From assembly GCF_009914755.1 (NCBI RefSeq), contig NC_060944.1: DNA of 64,000 nt. One strand, given 5' to 3'. The notes below the pieces were generated by a model, which was given only the letters and a program-made list of their open reading frames with translations, made no database searches and had not been told where the DNA came from. This document shows positions 39,560-51,851 of this stretch, in pieces. Made by a program: the position numbers and the translations under genes. How positions within the stretch are numbered: position 1 is the first letter of the stretch; each line of letters begins with the position of its first letter. The stretch is from the human T2T-CHM13v2.0 reference genome, Homo sapiens.

Positions 39560-40330
39560 CAGTATTGGACAACGATAACTGCAAATTGTTATTCTCCCAC
39601 TGAGAGATGGAGTGGCTGGCCTCATGTTTACTTCAACCAATGGAATATGTTGGCCACTGGCCTCTGCTCTTCTCTCTCCCTGTTCTTATTCCAAGCTGCC
39701 CTTGCCATATCTGCTTCTGATCCCCTTGGTTTGGTGACATGCTAGGATTCTGTTTTCTGGCCTTCAGTATCTTTCTATTAGTGTCTCAGCTCTATATCCT
39801 CCTTTAACTATGGTGCCCCTGAAGCCTTGGTGAGAGTCACTGTCTCCACTAGCCTGAGCCCTGCAAAGCTTCCATTGGTGCTGTGCCAGTTCTGCGCCTT
39901 GCTGGCCTTTAAGAGAACTGGATTCTTCTACTTGCTTTTTTTTTTTTTTTTGAACTTGCTCTGGGGAAAGCCAAATAATATATAAGATGTTCAATTACCC
40001 TGAGACTGCCATGCTATGAGGAAGAACAAGCTAACCACCTGGAGAGACCATGTAGAGAGGGATGCTTGGCCAGTTCTCATCTTTTCTAGCCATTGCAACT
40101 GAGGTGCCAAACGTGAGTGAAGAGGTCGTCTTGGATGTCCAGCTGAGTTGACCTTTCAGATGACCATAGTCCCAGCCACCATGTAACTGCAACTGCATGA
40201 GAAACCCCAAGTGAGAACTGCCCAGCTGAGCCCAGTCAATCCATAGAAAAATGAGAGGGAGTGATAAATTGCTATGCTGAACTACTAAGTTTTGAGGTGT
40301 TTGGTTATACAGAAATGAATAACTGGAACA
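39560..40330 (+). mobile_element. MLT1 (G/H-like) LTR interrupted by a local duplication
   Basis: ctcccactgagagatggagt..accaatggaatatg | gctgtgccagttc..; gagaactgcccagctgagcccagtcaa; actaagttttgagg. Confidence 0.75.
39654..39876 (+). repeat. Direct repeat, copy 1 (~220 bp)
   Basis: Aligns end to end with 41240-41458. Confidence 0.97.
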
Positions 40331-40655
40331 GGAACCAATCCGGATAACGAGTTTATTCAAACTAATAATTATTGAATATTAAATGCCAGGAATTATGCTG
40401 GGAAAATAAGCTGGTGGATATTGGTCTTGCAGCCTAAAAGCTCTTTCAAACCTTAGAGTTCCAAGATATGGCTGCAGAGAATGCCTTTCATAAATTGATG
40501 TGCTTTTTCAGCCTCAGGGAGGAATATACCACTTATTTTGGATTATGAAACTTAAAAATGCCTTCTTTTGTACCGACTTTCATTCCCATACTTAATTAAC
40601 CCATTCTTATTTTATTTTTACATTGAATATATCACAGAACACTAATTTTGTAAAA

Positions 40656-40959
40656 CAGTATTTCTCAAACCATCTGTGTTAAGATCAGTGCACATGTGTG
40701 TATGTTTTAAATTTTCAACCTGTTGCATGCAGACTGATACTTTTGTAAAATACAACAAAAATGAGTTACTGAAAAAATGAAAAAAATACACAAAATACAG
40801 GCCTACTTTTTATTATTAGATTCAACAGACATATAGTTACTCTGTCAAATTGTTATTATGGTTCCTAAACAGCTGCTCTCAATTTCGTTTCTTGTTACAC
40901 GTCAGGAGCCAGTTTGTGAACAGCAAGTATCTGTGGATCACACACCAGGAATAGTGCTG
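40656..40959 (-). mobile_element. Charlie18a-like hAT element
   Basis: tattattagattcaacagacat..ctctgtcaaattg; CAG..CTG termini; TSD ttgtaaaa/ctgtagaa. Confidence 0.65.
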
Positions 40960-41023
40960 CTGTAGAACACACTTCACATACCTCAGGAAATGCTACTGTA
41001 GATTAAAGAAAATGCAGAATTGG

Positions 41024-41054
<31 letters not shown>

Positions 41055-41239
41055 GAGTATGATGGGACTTGAGTCTGTTTTGTATTTTGAGAGGAAGGAG
41101 CCAATGTTGTGGGAGAGGCTGAAGATCCTGGAAGATGGGCGGACTGATGGAATAATGCCTCGGAGACTGCAGTAGATAAACAGAGAGCAAGGCCTCTCCC
41201 AGGAGGTCACCAAAACTGCCCACCTACCTCCTCCCTAAC

Positions 41240-41458
41240 CCACTGGCTTCTGCTTTCCTCTCTCCCTGTTCTTATTCCAAGCTGCCCTTACCATATCTGC
41301 TTCTGATGCCCTTGGTTTGGTGACATGCTAGGATTCTGTTTTCTGGCTTTCAGTCTCTATTAGCTTCTTAGCTGTATATCCTCCTTTGACTATGATGCCC
41401 ATTAAGCCTTCGTGACAGTCATTGTCTCCATCAGCCTGAGATCTGCAAAGCTTCCATT
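41240..41458 (+). repeat. Direct repeat, copy 2 (probable donor)
   Basis: Aligns with 39654-39876. Confidence 0.97.
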
Positions 41459-42041
41459 AGCTGCACAGGCACCAAAGGAAGGAACCTGTGGGCACGTTCA
41501 GTGGGTGAACCTGGAATTAGCCTCATGGCCACATAAGCCCTGTATGGACATACCTTTTCTTTCTGTCTGTCCAGCTTTGATTATTTTAGGAACTACCAAG
41601 TCCTTTGTCTATAAACATCTTGGTCAGGAAACTGAACTTTCCAAATACGGCTTTTAGGAAGCTTATACCCCTGCCACCCATGGGTGGGCATATAACCCCG
41701 CCAGGCCAATCAGAGCCTTTGCTGGGACTTTTGCTTGACGTATTATGAAAAATGACATTGACTCATTTGGAATATAGCCTTAAGGACAGACAGGCTGGCT
41801 TGGTCACCCCTAAGAGGGGGTAACCTACCTAAGGACACAATCAAGAAGAGCAAAGTCAAGAGACTGAGAGGGCTTGATTAAGTTCTGACAGCAGCATCAC
41901 TTGGATTCTGCTGTATCTCAGACTTAGACTTCCCAGTTATATGAGCCAGTATGTTTCTTTTTTAATTTTTTGCTTAAGCTATTTTGAATTGGGTTTCTGT
42001 CACTCACAACCACAAGAGCTTGGATGAATACATTCATAGTT

Positions 42042-42233
42042 CAGGGGTGGTAAACCCATGATACATGTCCCACTAGTTCCTACCTTCTGTGCCCAAGATA
42101 GGCATGTTAATAAATCACAACACTCTTACTAACCCTAGACTTGACTTCAGAATTTTTCTCAACATAGAACTACAGGCAGCCTCTCCCAACCAACTAGAGC
42201 ATGCACGTGAGATGAAAGTTACTTGTTATCCTC
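42042..42233 (-). mobile_element. Charlie15a-like hAT MITE
   Basis: caggggtggtaaa..tcagaatttttctcaaca..caggcagcc..gcacgtgagatgaaa. Confidence 0.55.
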
Positions 42234-42542
42234 AGGGGAATATTGGATGATGCAGGTTTCTGTCATGTTTTCCTGATTCTGTGGCTGGTGACCTGCCATC
42301 TGCTTCACCTTATCTGTTCTTTTCAGTAATTCTTTCCCCAAGAATGAGAACCCGGGACTTTCATTTCCACCTGCTTCTTGAATCCTGCTCCAAATATACT
42401 CAAGTCTTGCAGTTATGACTTTGCTGCCTATGTGATGGACCGAAAGTCACCTCTCCTTATATGCTCCCATCCTGGGCTTCATTCCCCAGTGGTTACAGAT
42501 GCAGTCTTGCTGTGCTCCTCTACACTGAGAAAGTCCCCCTGC

Positions 42543-42621
42543 CAGTGAGTTAATCCCATCCTGGGATTAACTCATGTCAGTGAATTAATCCCATCCTGGG
42601 ATTAACTCATGTCAGTGAATT
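42543..42621. repeat. 35-bp tandem repeat (2.3 copies), each unit a hairpin
   Basis: cagtga(g/a)ttaatcccatcctgggattaactcatgt x2 plus cagtgaatt. Confidence 0.97.
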
Positions 42622-43631
42622 TTTAACAATGGCCCACTTGCATCACACAGCTTGGATTGTCCTATAAGGTGTCCCATTGGTGACTGATGTAGTCTTCTTT
42701 CAATCTATTCTCTGCATTTCAGCAGGAGTGGTCTTTCAAAATGCAAATGCAAACCATATTATTCTCTGTCTATAACTCTGCAAAGGCCTCCTATTGCATT
42801 TATGTTCTACAAATGTTGACTTCTTGCTATGGCTTTCAATGCCCTGCACAGTCTGCTGCCTGTCAGCCCACCCAGTCTCATGCTGAATGACCACCTCCTC
42901 ACCGTTTGCACTGAAACCATGTGAGCATCTGTCAGTTAATGTCTCCTGCTACAGGGACTTTGCACATGACATGCCCTCTCTTCTTCATCTCCTTGATTCC
43001 TACTCATCCTCAGGTATCAGCTGAGCTGTAACTTTCATGGGGAAGCCTTTATTAATCACTCTGATTAACTTAATTCCCTCCATATAGAATAATCTAGCTA
43101 TAATAAAAGAGCTAACAATATATAGCACTTACTGTGTATCAAGGCCCATTATAAGAACTTTACACATGTTATTTCATTTAATCCTCACATCGATCCTATG
43201 AGGTCGGTACTATTATTATCCCATTGTACAGATGAAGAACCTGAGGCATATATACCTCTCCTCCATACCACTTCTTAGAGTTGGAATTTTATGTTTATTT
43301 GTACTTAAAAAAAAATTTGTCCCTCTCTGCCCTTGAATGTGAGAACTGTATAAACAGGGATTCTATCTGCTTTTGTTCATTACAACATCCTTAGTGCCTA
43401 GTACAGGACCTGACAGAATTGGAGCTCAATAAATATCTTCACCTTTGGCAGCCCTGAGCCCCAGGGGCCTTCTCTCTCTGTCTTTGATGGTCATCCTTCC
43501 ACCCTCTAGTCTGCATGTTTGTGTAGAGTTTTAGGATAGGGCTGGAGTGTCTAAGAGAGTGAGGCTCCACAACTTCTAGGCAGCCTTTCAGCTGGTAGGA
43601 GCCTTTCAGGCTGTGCAAGAGTGATGGGGAG

Positions 43632-43991
43632 TGATGTGGGTTGGCTGTGTCCCCACCTAAATCTCATGTTGAATGGTAGCTCCCATAATCTCCATGTGTG
43701 GTGGGAGGGGCGTGGTGGGAGGTAATTGAATCATGGGAGCATTTTCCCCATGCTATTCTCATGATAGTAAGTTTTCACAAGATCTGATGGTTCTATAAGG
43801 GGCTTCCCCTTTCATTTGGTTCTCATTCTTCTCTCTCCTGCTGCCCTGTGAAGAGGTGCCTTCCACCATGATTGTAAGTTTTCTGAGGGCTCCCCAGCCC
43901 TGCAGAACTGTGAGTGAATTAAATCTCTTTCCTTTATAAATTACCCAGTCGCGGGTAGTTTCTTACAGCAGCGTGAGAACGGACTAACACA
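43632..43991 (+). mobile_element. THE1C/D MaLR solo LTR
   Basis: TG..CA termini; perfect TSD gggag. Confidence 0.93.
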
Positions 43992-45289
43992 GGGAGCAAA
44001 GAAAGGGGTATTTAGGGTTAAAGACAAGGCTAACTGGATGGGGCAGGGTAGGGAGAGACATTGAGCACAGCTGCGGGTTGAGGCCAGGGCCACAGAGGCC
44101 AAGCCCCAGTGACTGATTTCTTGGATGGTTGGAGCTGAGCTTTAATAGCAGCCTTGACAATGACAGTGATGGAACTCACTACCACGGAGCCTGCGCCTGG
44201 GTCAGGCAATAGATGGGGGATGAGAAGCAAGTTGTACATGGTGCATGCATACATTCTGTGTGTGTGTGTATGTGTATGTCGTGAGTATGAGCTGTGTGTG
44301 TACGTGTGGTTGTATGTACATTCATGAAATAGCTGTGATTTTATATAATTGTATGTACATTAGTTTGAGCCAAATGAAATTGCCAATAAAAGAGCAATTT
44401 CATATGGTTGAGCAAAATGTATACACATATGGATGACCATAAATCATGTGAACATGTGAAGCATTTATGGATATTGCATGAGTTGATGCTGCCTGTGGCA
44501 CAGTCTCAGTATGTGTGTTTATGACATCATTGCAAGTGGGCATGAGCTGTCTAAGGTGGCAGCTCATGTATATGCACATGGTGCATGTATGTACACATGG
44601 TGCATGTGTGTGGTGGTGAGGAGAGGCTGATGAATGTGTCAAGACTGTCTGCCATATTTGGATAGTGACACATACCCTCTAATAACAGTGAGTAGACATG
44701 TGTCTTCCAATAATTGAGTAAGGGGACACGTGCTCTCTGGTAACTGAGTGGCCTTCATTTTAGCCCAGGGATAAGGTGTATCTCGCAGAATACAATGGAC
44801 ACCCCCAATGCCCCATCTTGTGAACATAGGAGACAAGCTGCTCCTTGGCTTCTCCAGGCACTGTCTTTGATCAGACCTTATACAATACACATTGCCCCAT
44901 CTCACATAACCTTTATGCCTACCATTGCAGGGAGAGTACATCACTCTGTTAGAAAAATCCCCAAGCAGTCAATATTACTTGCTTCTGGAAAATGAGGAAG
45001 AAACAGTGTGGCAGAAGTTAAGTAACCTTGGAATAGCATAAATAGGCATAGACATGATAAATAGGGCATAATTTGCAGAATCAAATCCTGGATCTAGCCC
45101 TTACTAGCTGTGTGACTTTGGTAAACAATACTTAAATTGATTTCCCACTGTTAAGTTTTACCTAGCACAACGCCTTAGACATCATAGTGCTCTTTGCCAC
45201 AGAATCTGGGGTTTGAAGTAAGTGTTTCCTCTTATGCAAAAAATAGTTATAAACGTCTACTATGGGAGTTATTTTTGCTATTCACCAAT

Positions 45290-45655
45290 ATTTCTGGGTT
45301 TTGGTCTCTTAGACACGTGATAGGATTGAATTTCCCTTTCTCTTTTAGTCCAGGTGTGCCACGTGGCTTGTTTTGGCCAATGAGATGAGAACACAGTGAC
45401 ATGGTGGACCGTTTTTAGGTGGAAGTTTTAAGAGGTAGTGCATTAGGTGCCATGTTTTCTTTCCCCTGCTTTGGCTAAGGGAAATCCTGCAGGTGAAGTC
45501 TTCCTCAGCCTGGGTCTTTGAGGGAGGATAAGATGCAGCAGGGCCCCAGCAGACCTATGACAGATGTGCTGTGTAGTAAGACATGAAGCTGTTGTTTCAA
45601 TCCCGAAATTTTGGGGTTGCTTTTGCAGCATGACCTGTCTTATTTTGCTGGACAC
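45290..45655 (+). mobile_element. MLT1J-like LTR
   Basis: gtggcttgttttggccaatgagatgaga..cagcctgggtc..ttttggggttgcttttgcagcatgacct. Confidence 0.65.
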
Positions 45656-46049
45656 CAGTTTTGCCTTTTGGTCCACCTGTATGGTAAATACTCATCCTCA
45701 TTTCACAAATGGCAAAACTGGCCTGAGACATGTTAGGTTTATCTTCAGTCAGTCAACAGGATCAACCTTTTGGTTTGAAAAAAGGTGACATTTGGGACCT
45801 TTGCTCCATGAGTACTTTGAGTGTGCCAGAATGGTGACCCAATCTCAGAGACATTTCTTTAGGGCATTGGGGTGTTGGCCAAGGGAGGGCAAATAGACTC
45901 TCATAAGTGGAGAAGAATTTGTACAATATTTTATGACCTGATTCTGATAACAAAGGAAGCCCCAAAGTAGGTTAGGGTGATAATGGAGATTTAACTTGCT
46001 CCTGCTGGGAAATTCACCCAGCAAGATGCAAAACCCAGAATAGATCACT

Positions 46050-47060
46050 TTTCATTTCTCAGAGTTACACAGGTTATAGATGATCATTGTATAAAATTTA
46101 GATAATTCAGATAAATGAAAGATTAAAAAATTAAAATCATCTAGGCTTGGCATGGTGGCTCACGCCTGTAATCCCAGCACTTTGGGAGACCAAGGTGAGC
46201 AAATTGCTTGAGCTGAGGAGTTTGAGACCAGCCCGGGCAACATGACAAAACCCAGTCTCTACAAAAAAAAGGAAAAATCATCTGGGTGTGGTGGTGCATG
46301 CCTGTAGTCCCAGCTGCTCAGAGCCTGAGGCAGGAGGATCACCAGAACCTGGGGACGTTGAGGCTGCAGTGAGCCGTGATCATGGGGCCACTGCACTCTA
46401 ACCTGGGTAACAGAGTAAGACCTGTCTCAAAAAAAATTAAAATTATCTGATATTCTGCTACTTAGAGATAACCACCATTCATATTCAACCTTCTAAACAT
46501 TCTCCATGTATACTTTAAAATTGGTGATTACAGTAATTGCTTTATCTTTTATCTCATTTAACACATCATAAATATCCTTCTATTTTAAGTAAATAGGGGG
46601 CCATATCATCATTTTAAATAGCTGCATAGTATTCCATCATATGAAGCATCAATTTATTAGTATTTCTTAATGAGTCCAATACTTTTGGACCTTTAGGCTG
46701 TTTGCAAGCTCTTGCTGTTATAAACAATATTGTGATAAAACTCCTTGGAAGAAACATCTTCTGGCACTTGCCTAATTATTTCCTTAGAATAATTCTTTGA
46801 AGTAGGATTGCTCGTCAAAAGAAATGTACTTTCCAAGGGCTTTTGTTGCATATTGCCAAATTGCTGTCCAGAAACACTGCATTAATTTTCAGTCCTAGCA
46901 GTAATGCATAGGAATGTCCTTTTCTTGATTTCCACATCAGTCCAGCGTATTGTCAATCTCTTAAACCTTTGCTAATTCTAACAGTGAAAAATTGCACTTC
47001 GTTGTTTCAATTTACATTTCTTTGATTCCTAGTGAGTTTAGACTATTTTTTTAAAGGTGC
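46050..47060 (-). mobile_element. L1ME-type 3' fragment
   Basis: gctgcatagtattccatcatatg, tattgccaaattgct, ttcaatttacatttctttgatt. Confidence 0.75.
46144..46435 (+). mobile_element. AluJ
   Basis: Alu dimer; TSD attaaaatcatct/attaaaattatct. Confidence 0.93.
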
Positions 47061-47349
47061 ATTGTTAGAATACCTTCTTGGTGATCCTATTGGAATCCCA
47101 AGAATACAGAGGAGACAATTTGTTCTTTCATTCATTCATTCATTTAACATGTTTATTTGCACCTACTATGTGCTAGGCACAGTTTTAGAAGCTGAAGTTA
47201 CAACAGGGAATAAGGCAGACCCAGTCCCTGTTTCAGAGCCTATATATAGCAGTGTGTGTGTTTGGGGGGACTAGGATCTTAACCCCAGGGACATCAGGCT
47301 CCTGAAGTACTAGCGGAGTAATTATAGAAAGTAGCTACTCAGTTCTAGT

Positions 47350-47579
47350 CAGCATGGGCTCAGCTGTACTACAGCCTTAGGCAAAAAGAAAAAAATCCAT
47401 AATGTGAATCCTATCTTTATTCAAATTTTGATATTTTGTTCATTATGGATTTTTGCACTAATTATGATTTTAAAATGTTGCCATATAATATGTATTCTGA
47501 TTGCTGAGTTTTCTTGGTGCACTTTTAAGTTCTGTACCTGAGAAAAGTGCCTCACTCATCTTGCTCTAATCTCGGCCCT
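47350..47579. mobile_element. MER96B-like hAT MITE
   Basis: gatattttgttcattatggatttttgca..gtgcctcactc..ctcggccct. Confidence 0.65.
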
Positions 47580-48039
47580 CCTAATCTATTTCTGATTTCT
47601 AAAATTTCTGTGCACACACAGGTGAGACCCTGCAACCTGAACTCAGGGCTTTCCAGACTCATAAATAAGTGCTGTTCTGACTACACATCCAGAAAGATTT
47701 CAAGTCAGTCCAATAACTATTACTTTGAGGAATTGCTGTGTTCCAGGGCCTGTGTCAGGCCCTGGGATATAAAGACAAGCACTCAGTCACCATTTTGAAG
47801 GTGAGATTTAGAGGCCTAAGTAAACAATATACCCTGTAATCGTCCATCAGCCATCTCTGTCCTTAGAAGTACATGTGAGTAGTTATGCCATCTTGTTCCC
47901 ATCCTGGTCTCAATCTTTGGTGGAATGATTACCACGTTCTCAAAGGTCTTGGAAAACTAAATGTTAATAATGTTAACCTAAACATAAAATAACTGAAAGC
48001 TATTTAAGTTTCCCCTGTGTGCCAAGCATGACACTAGGC

Positions 48040-48510
48040 ACTTGTAGCAGTTAAGTAAAAGGGAGAATTTAATTATGGAGTTGATTACACAGGTGATGGA
48101 AAAGTTGAGAAGCTTAGTAGGAGAGGGTGAGGCCATCCAGACTTTATTCAAAAGTGGGAAGCCACTACCATCTCCAGGGCTAGAGAGGCAAAGGGAAATG
48201 ATGTAGTTATCAGGGCTTTGGGGCAGAAGTTGAAATATCAAGTGTCCTGTTCCACAGGAGCTGAAAACATCGAGGAGGTTCTGCTCTTGCTAGAGATGTT
48301 GCCTGGGGAGGGAGGAAGAAGATGATGGAAAAATAGCCAGAATTTTCCTTCCTCTTGCCTTCCAGTCTCCCAACAGGACTTCCCATTGGCCCTCTCCTGC
48401 TGGAAGCCAGCTGATCTTGAAGCCAAGTCAGAGGTTGGCTCTCTTTGATAGAGAGGAGAGTTAGGGAAGAGGGAGGAACAGATCTGATTGCAAAGAAGTC
48501 ACAGAATAGC
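48040..48510 (-). mobile_element. LTR33-like ERVL LTR
   Basis: gggaagccactaccatctccagggct; ccttccagtctcc..cccattggcc..ggaagccagctg. Confidence 0.6.
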
Positions 48511-49659
48511 ATCCTCCTGAACATAAACCATCTTTAAAAATTCTCATTACCACCCTGAAGTTAAGTACTCTTGATTCCATTATAAAAACATGACACCAGA
48601 AACCAAGAGGAGCTAAGAGATAGCTACAGGGACACACAGTAATTGGGGAATTGGATTTGAGGTTAGGCTTGCTTGGGGCCAAGGTCCTATTTTTCCCACA
48701 CCACAGGCTTCCTCTCTACCCTGAATCATCCCACCATCATCCAGGGCATCTCCAGTGCTCCTGAGGGTCACCCCTCCCTTGCCCTTGCTTTACAGTTGCT
48801 TGGCTGCCCCATCTCCAATGACTGGCACTTACTCTCCATCAGCCACCATGTTGCACAACTCCTTTGAATTTTATGTGAATGGTATTCCTGGAGTTATCCA
48901 ATGGGATGGCCCTGTTGACAACTACCTAAGCCCATGACCATGGTTTGGATCTAGTCATTATATTTGAACACTTGGCCTCTGAAATCTTAGGTTCTAAGAG
49001 GTCCTTCCCTGCTGTCCTTCTTCCTCCTTTCTTTCACTTTTGTTGACTTGCCTTTTTGACCTTTCTCTAACCCCATTGGTATTTATTTCCCTACTCTGAG
49101 TCTACCAGCCCTTCCTGGATTGAATCCCCAATATGCCCAATCTAGGCTTCATTGTTGTATACCACTCCTGTGACCTTTGTCTGATACACTCTTGGCAGTC
49201 CTACGTAACCTTTATCATTCTTTGCTGGAGAAAACCACACAACTGTGGAGATTGAGCTCATTACACACTTATGATTTCCACGCCTGCTTAGTGCCCTTGG
49301 ATGGTCCCCTTTGCTCAGCTGTAGTTTAAGAACTTATTTTCCCCTGTAGTACTTACTTCTAACCTCATGATCTCCCCGTGGGCCCCAGGTTGCCTTTTTC
49401 CGATAAAGGTCCCAATGCCTACATTCATCTGAGCCAGCTGGGCTGCCAGTGGAAATGCGGGGGTGAGAGGACAGGGCAGAGCACAAAGATTCAGCGTGTC
49501 TTCACAGAGGTGGTAATGGTGGTGCAGGTGTAACACCAGAGGTACAGGCAGGAAGACTAAGACCAGATGTTGGCCATTTTCTTCTAGTGCATGCAAAATG
49601 CTTTATTTTCTTGAGGTTTCCAATTTCCCAAGATTCCTAGGCTTGATGGCTTCATAAGG

Positions 49660-50050
49660 GTTAACTCACTATCCTATGGCTCTGCCATTAATTACTCCAG
49701 TGGCTGCAGACACTGCACGGAGCTGGATCCTGGTTGTTCCAGCTTCAGAGTGGGTTTATTGCCAACCATGCATTATGAAGAACTAATTGTGAGCCCCTTG
49801 CACCTGCTGGTTCCCCCTGTGGCTGGGACTCAGGAAGTGGGGGGAGAGTTATTAATGAGCTTGTTGCTCATTATAATAAAACAATGGGGAAGTTGGCAAA
49901 GGAGCTGGTGGTCCAGGTGTGGTGTCAGAGAAGGCTGGTTGGCATTTCTGGAAACATGACTTTACAGTCATATCATCTGCCTCCTTCCCTGGCTCATGCT
50001 GTGACACCAAGTGATAAAAGAGCTGTCATCCTGAGGGCCACTCAGAGTCC
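49660..50050. promoter_or_regulatory. Candidate homeodomain/SOX enhancer
   Basis: CCATTAATTA, CTAATTG, TTATTAATGA, AACAATGG (49880-49887), TGTCA/TGACA. Confidence 0.35.
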
Positions 50051-50309
50051 TTGTGAACTCATGATCAGCGGAAGCCACCTGGATGGAGGAATTGCTGAGC
50101 CAGCACTCTGTCCTGGCTGAGATGGGCTGGGGCATGGGGAATGCTGGGATTTCAGCCCCAGAGCAGAGGGGACAGACCTGGCTGTGCCCTGGGTTATCTA
50201 GGCTTAATAGATACAGCTGAGAGGAGTGGAAGCCAGTGGAAGGCCACCAGAATGACAACCTCTTGCACGTTGAAGAGCTCTGGATAGGTAATGGTTTGGG
50301 GCACAGATA

Positions 50310-50453
50310 CAGGGCTGGGACTAGGGTAAGGCAAGCCAGGGTGCAGAATTTAAGGAGGCCTTCACTCTCAGGCTTGTGCAAATTCAGAAGCAGCATTAAG
50401 AGTGAGTGCCTCCTTAATGTTTGTGCCCTGAGTGCACCCTAGTCTGGGCCCTG
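50310..50453. mobile_element. MER96 (palindromic hAT MITE)
   Basis: cagggctgggactagggt..accctagtctgggccctg; TSD cacagata/cacaggtg. Confidence 0.8.
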
Positions 50454-51579
50454 CACAGGTGGGTGGCTATACTAGAAGGGCCAGGTGGTAGCTCCTCCTT
50501 GACATCCTCCCTTGGAGCTTGAGGCAGATCAGTGGACATCTCTTCCTGGTCGTTGGTTCTCCAGGGACTGGTCTGGAAGCCCACTCAGGAAAGTACTATG
50601 ATGACAACTAACATCAACTGGGCAGTGCCATTATTAATTCTCCTTCTCATTTAATTGTCAAGACATACATGGAAGGGGGGTAAGAAGAATATTCTTCCAT
50701 GGTGGTGAATAGGGCAGGCTCTTGGATTACAGTTTCTGCCTTCAAGCCCCAACTTTGCCACTTACCAGCCCAGTGATCTTAGGCAAGATGCTAATACCCT
50801 GACATCTTGGTTTCTTGGAGTGCAAGTGGCTTCTTCTGTTCCTTGAATATATCAATTTGTTTTCACCTGGAAAGTTCTTCTCCTAGATATTTGCATGATA
50901 CTTTTTTCATACTATTCAAGTCTCAGGTCAAATGCCACTTCCTTGGAGAGGCCTTCCCAGGCAACCTCATCTAAAGGAGTTCCTTACCACCATGTCTAAA
51001 TATTGTTACATTAAATTATTGACTTCATAGCCATTATCACTCTCTGCGGTTATCTTTATTTCCCTGATATCTGTCTTCACCATTTGAAAGTAATTTCCAT
51101 GAGGGCGGAGATTTTCCTATTTATTGCTGTATCTATAGTGCTGGAACTGTACCCAGAATAGGTAGTTGCTGATATAAAATGTAAATAAATGAATTATTTA
51201 GAAATGGCACTTAACTCACTGTGTTCTTGGGAGGACTAAGGAGGCAATCCATGAAGAGTTTGGCACATACTAAGTCCTCGCCTCTGAGATTCAAGGAGTG
51301 TAAGTGACTTGTCTACATTCACCAGCCAGCAAGTGGCAGCCCTATGACCCAAGACCCAAAATTTGTGCTGTAACCTTCTATCCATCACAGGTTCCCAGGT
51401 GCTTTCTGATGAGTCAGAAAAAGAAGCTGGGCTGAAAACTACAGCTTCTCTGGAAAAGAGGGAATCCTGGGGAGAGGAGAGAAGAAATCTGTGTGGGTAG
51501 AACTATCCTACAGCTCTATCGTGAGAATGATCAGGTTGTCATAAACAGGAAAGATATTAAACACATTTTACAGCTGGAC

Positions 51580-51851
51580 TGTGACAGGCTAATAATGGCT
51601 TCAGGAGATAGTCTATGTCCTAATCCCTAGAACCTGTGAGTGTTACCTTTTTAGATAAAGGGTCTTTGCAGTTTTGATTAAGTTAAGGATGTTGAGATGA
51701 GGAGGTAATCCTGGATTATCTGGGTGGGACCTAAGTCCAAACCCAAATGTCCTTTTAAGAGAGAGGCAGAGGGAGATTTGATATAGGCAGAAGAGAAGGG
51801 GTCACATAAAAATGGAGACAGAGATTAGAGTGATGTGGCCACAAAGTCAGG
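51580..51851 (+). mobile_element. MLT1C/D LTR, 5' half
   Basis: tcctaatccctagaacctgtgagtgttacct..atcctggattatctgggtggg. Confidence 0.8.

Noticed and set aside
41032-41054. Poly(T) run followed by gag, resembling an Alu tail
   Set aside because: No Alu body or TSD follows
42543-42621. CRISPR-like palindromic direct repeats
   Set aside because: Units are adjacent with no spacers, there are no cas genes and the context is eukaryotic; it is a tandem duplication
51326-51341. CTCF-like CCAGCAAGTGGCAG
   Set aside because: Mismatch at a core G, and it lies in MIR-derived sequence
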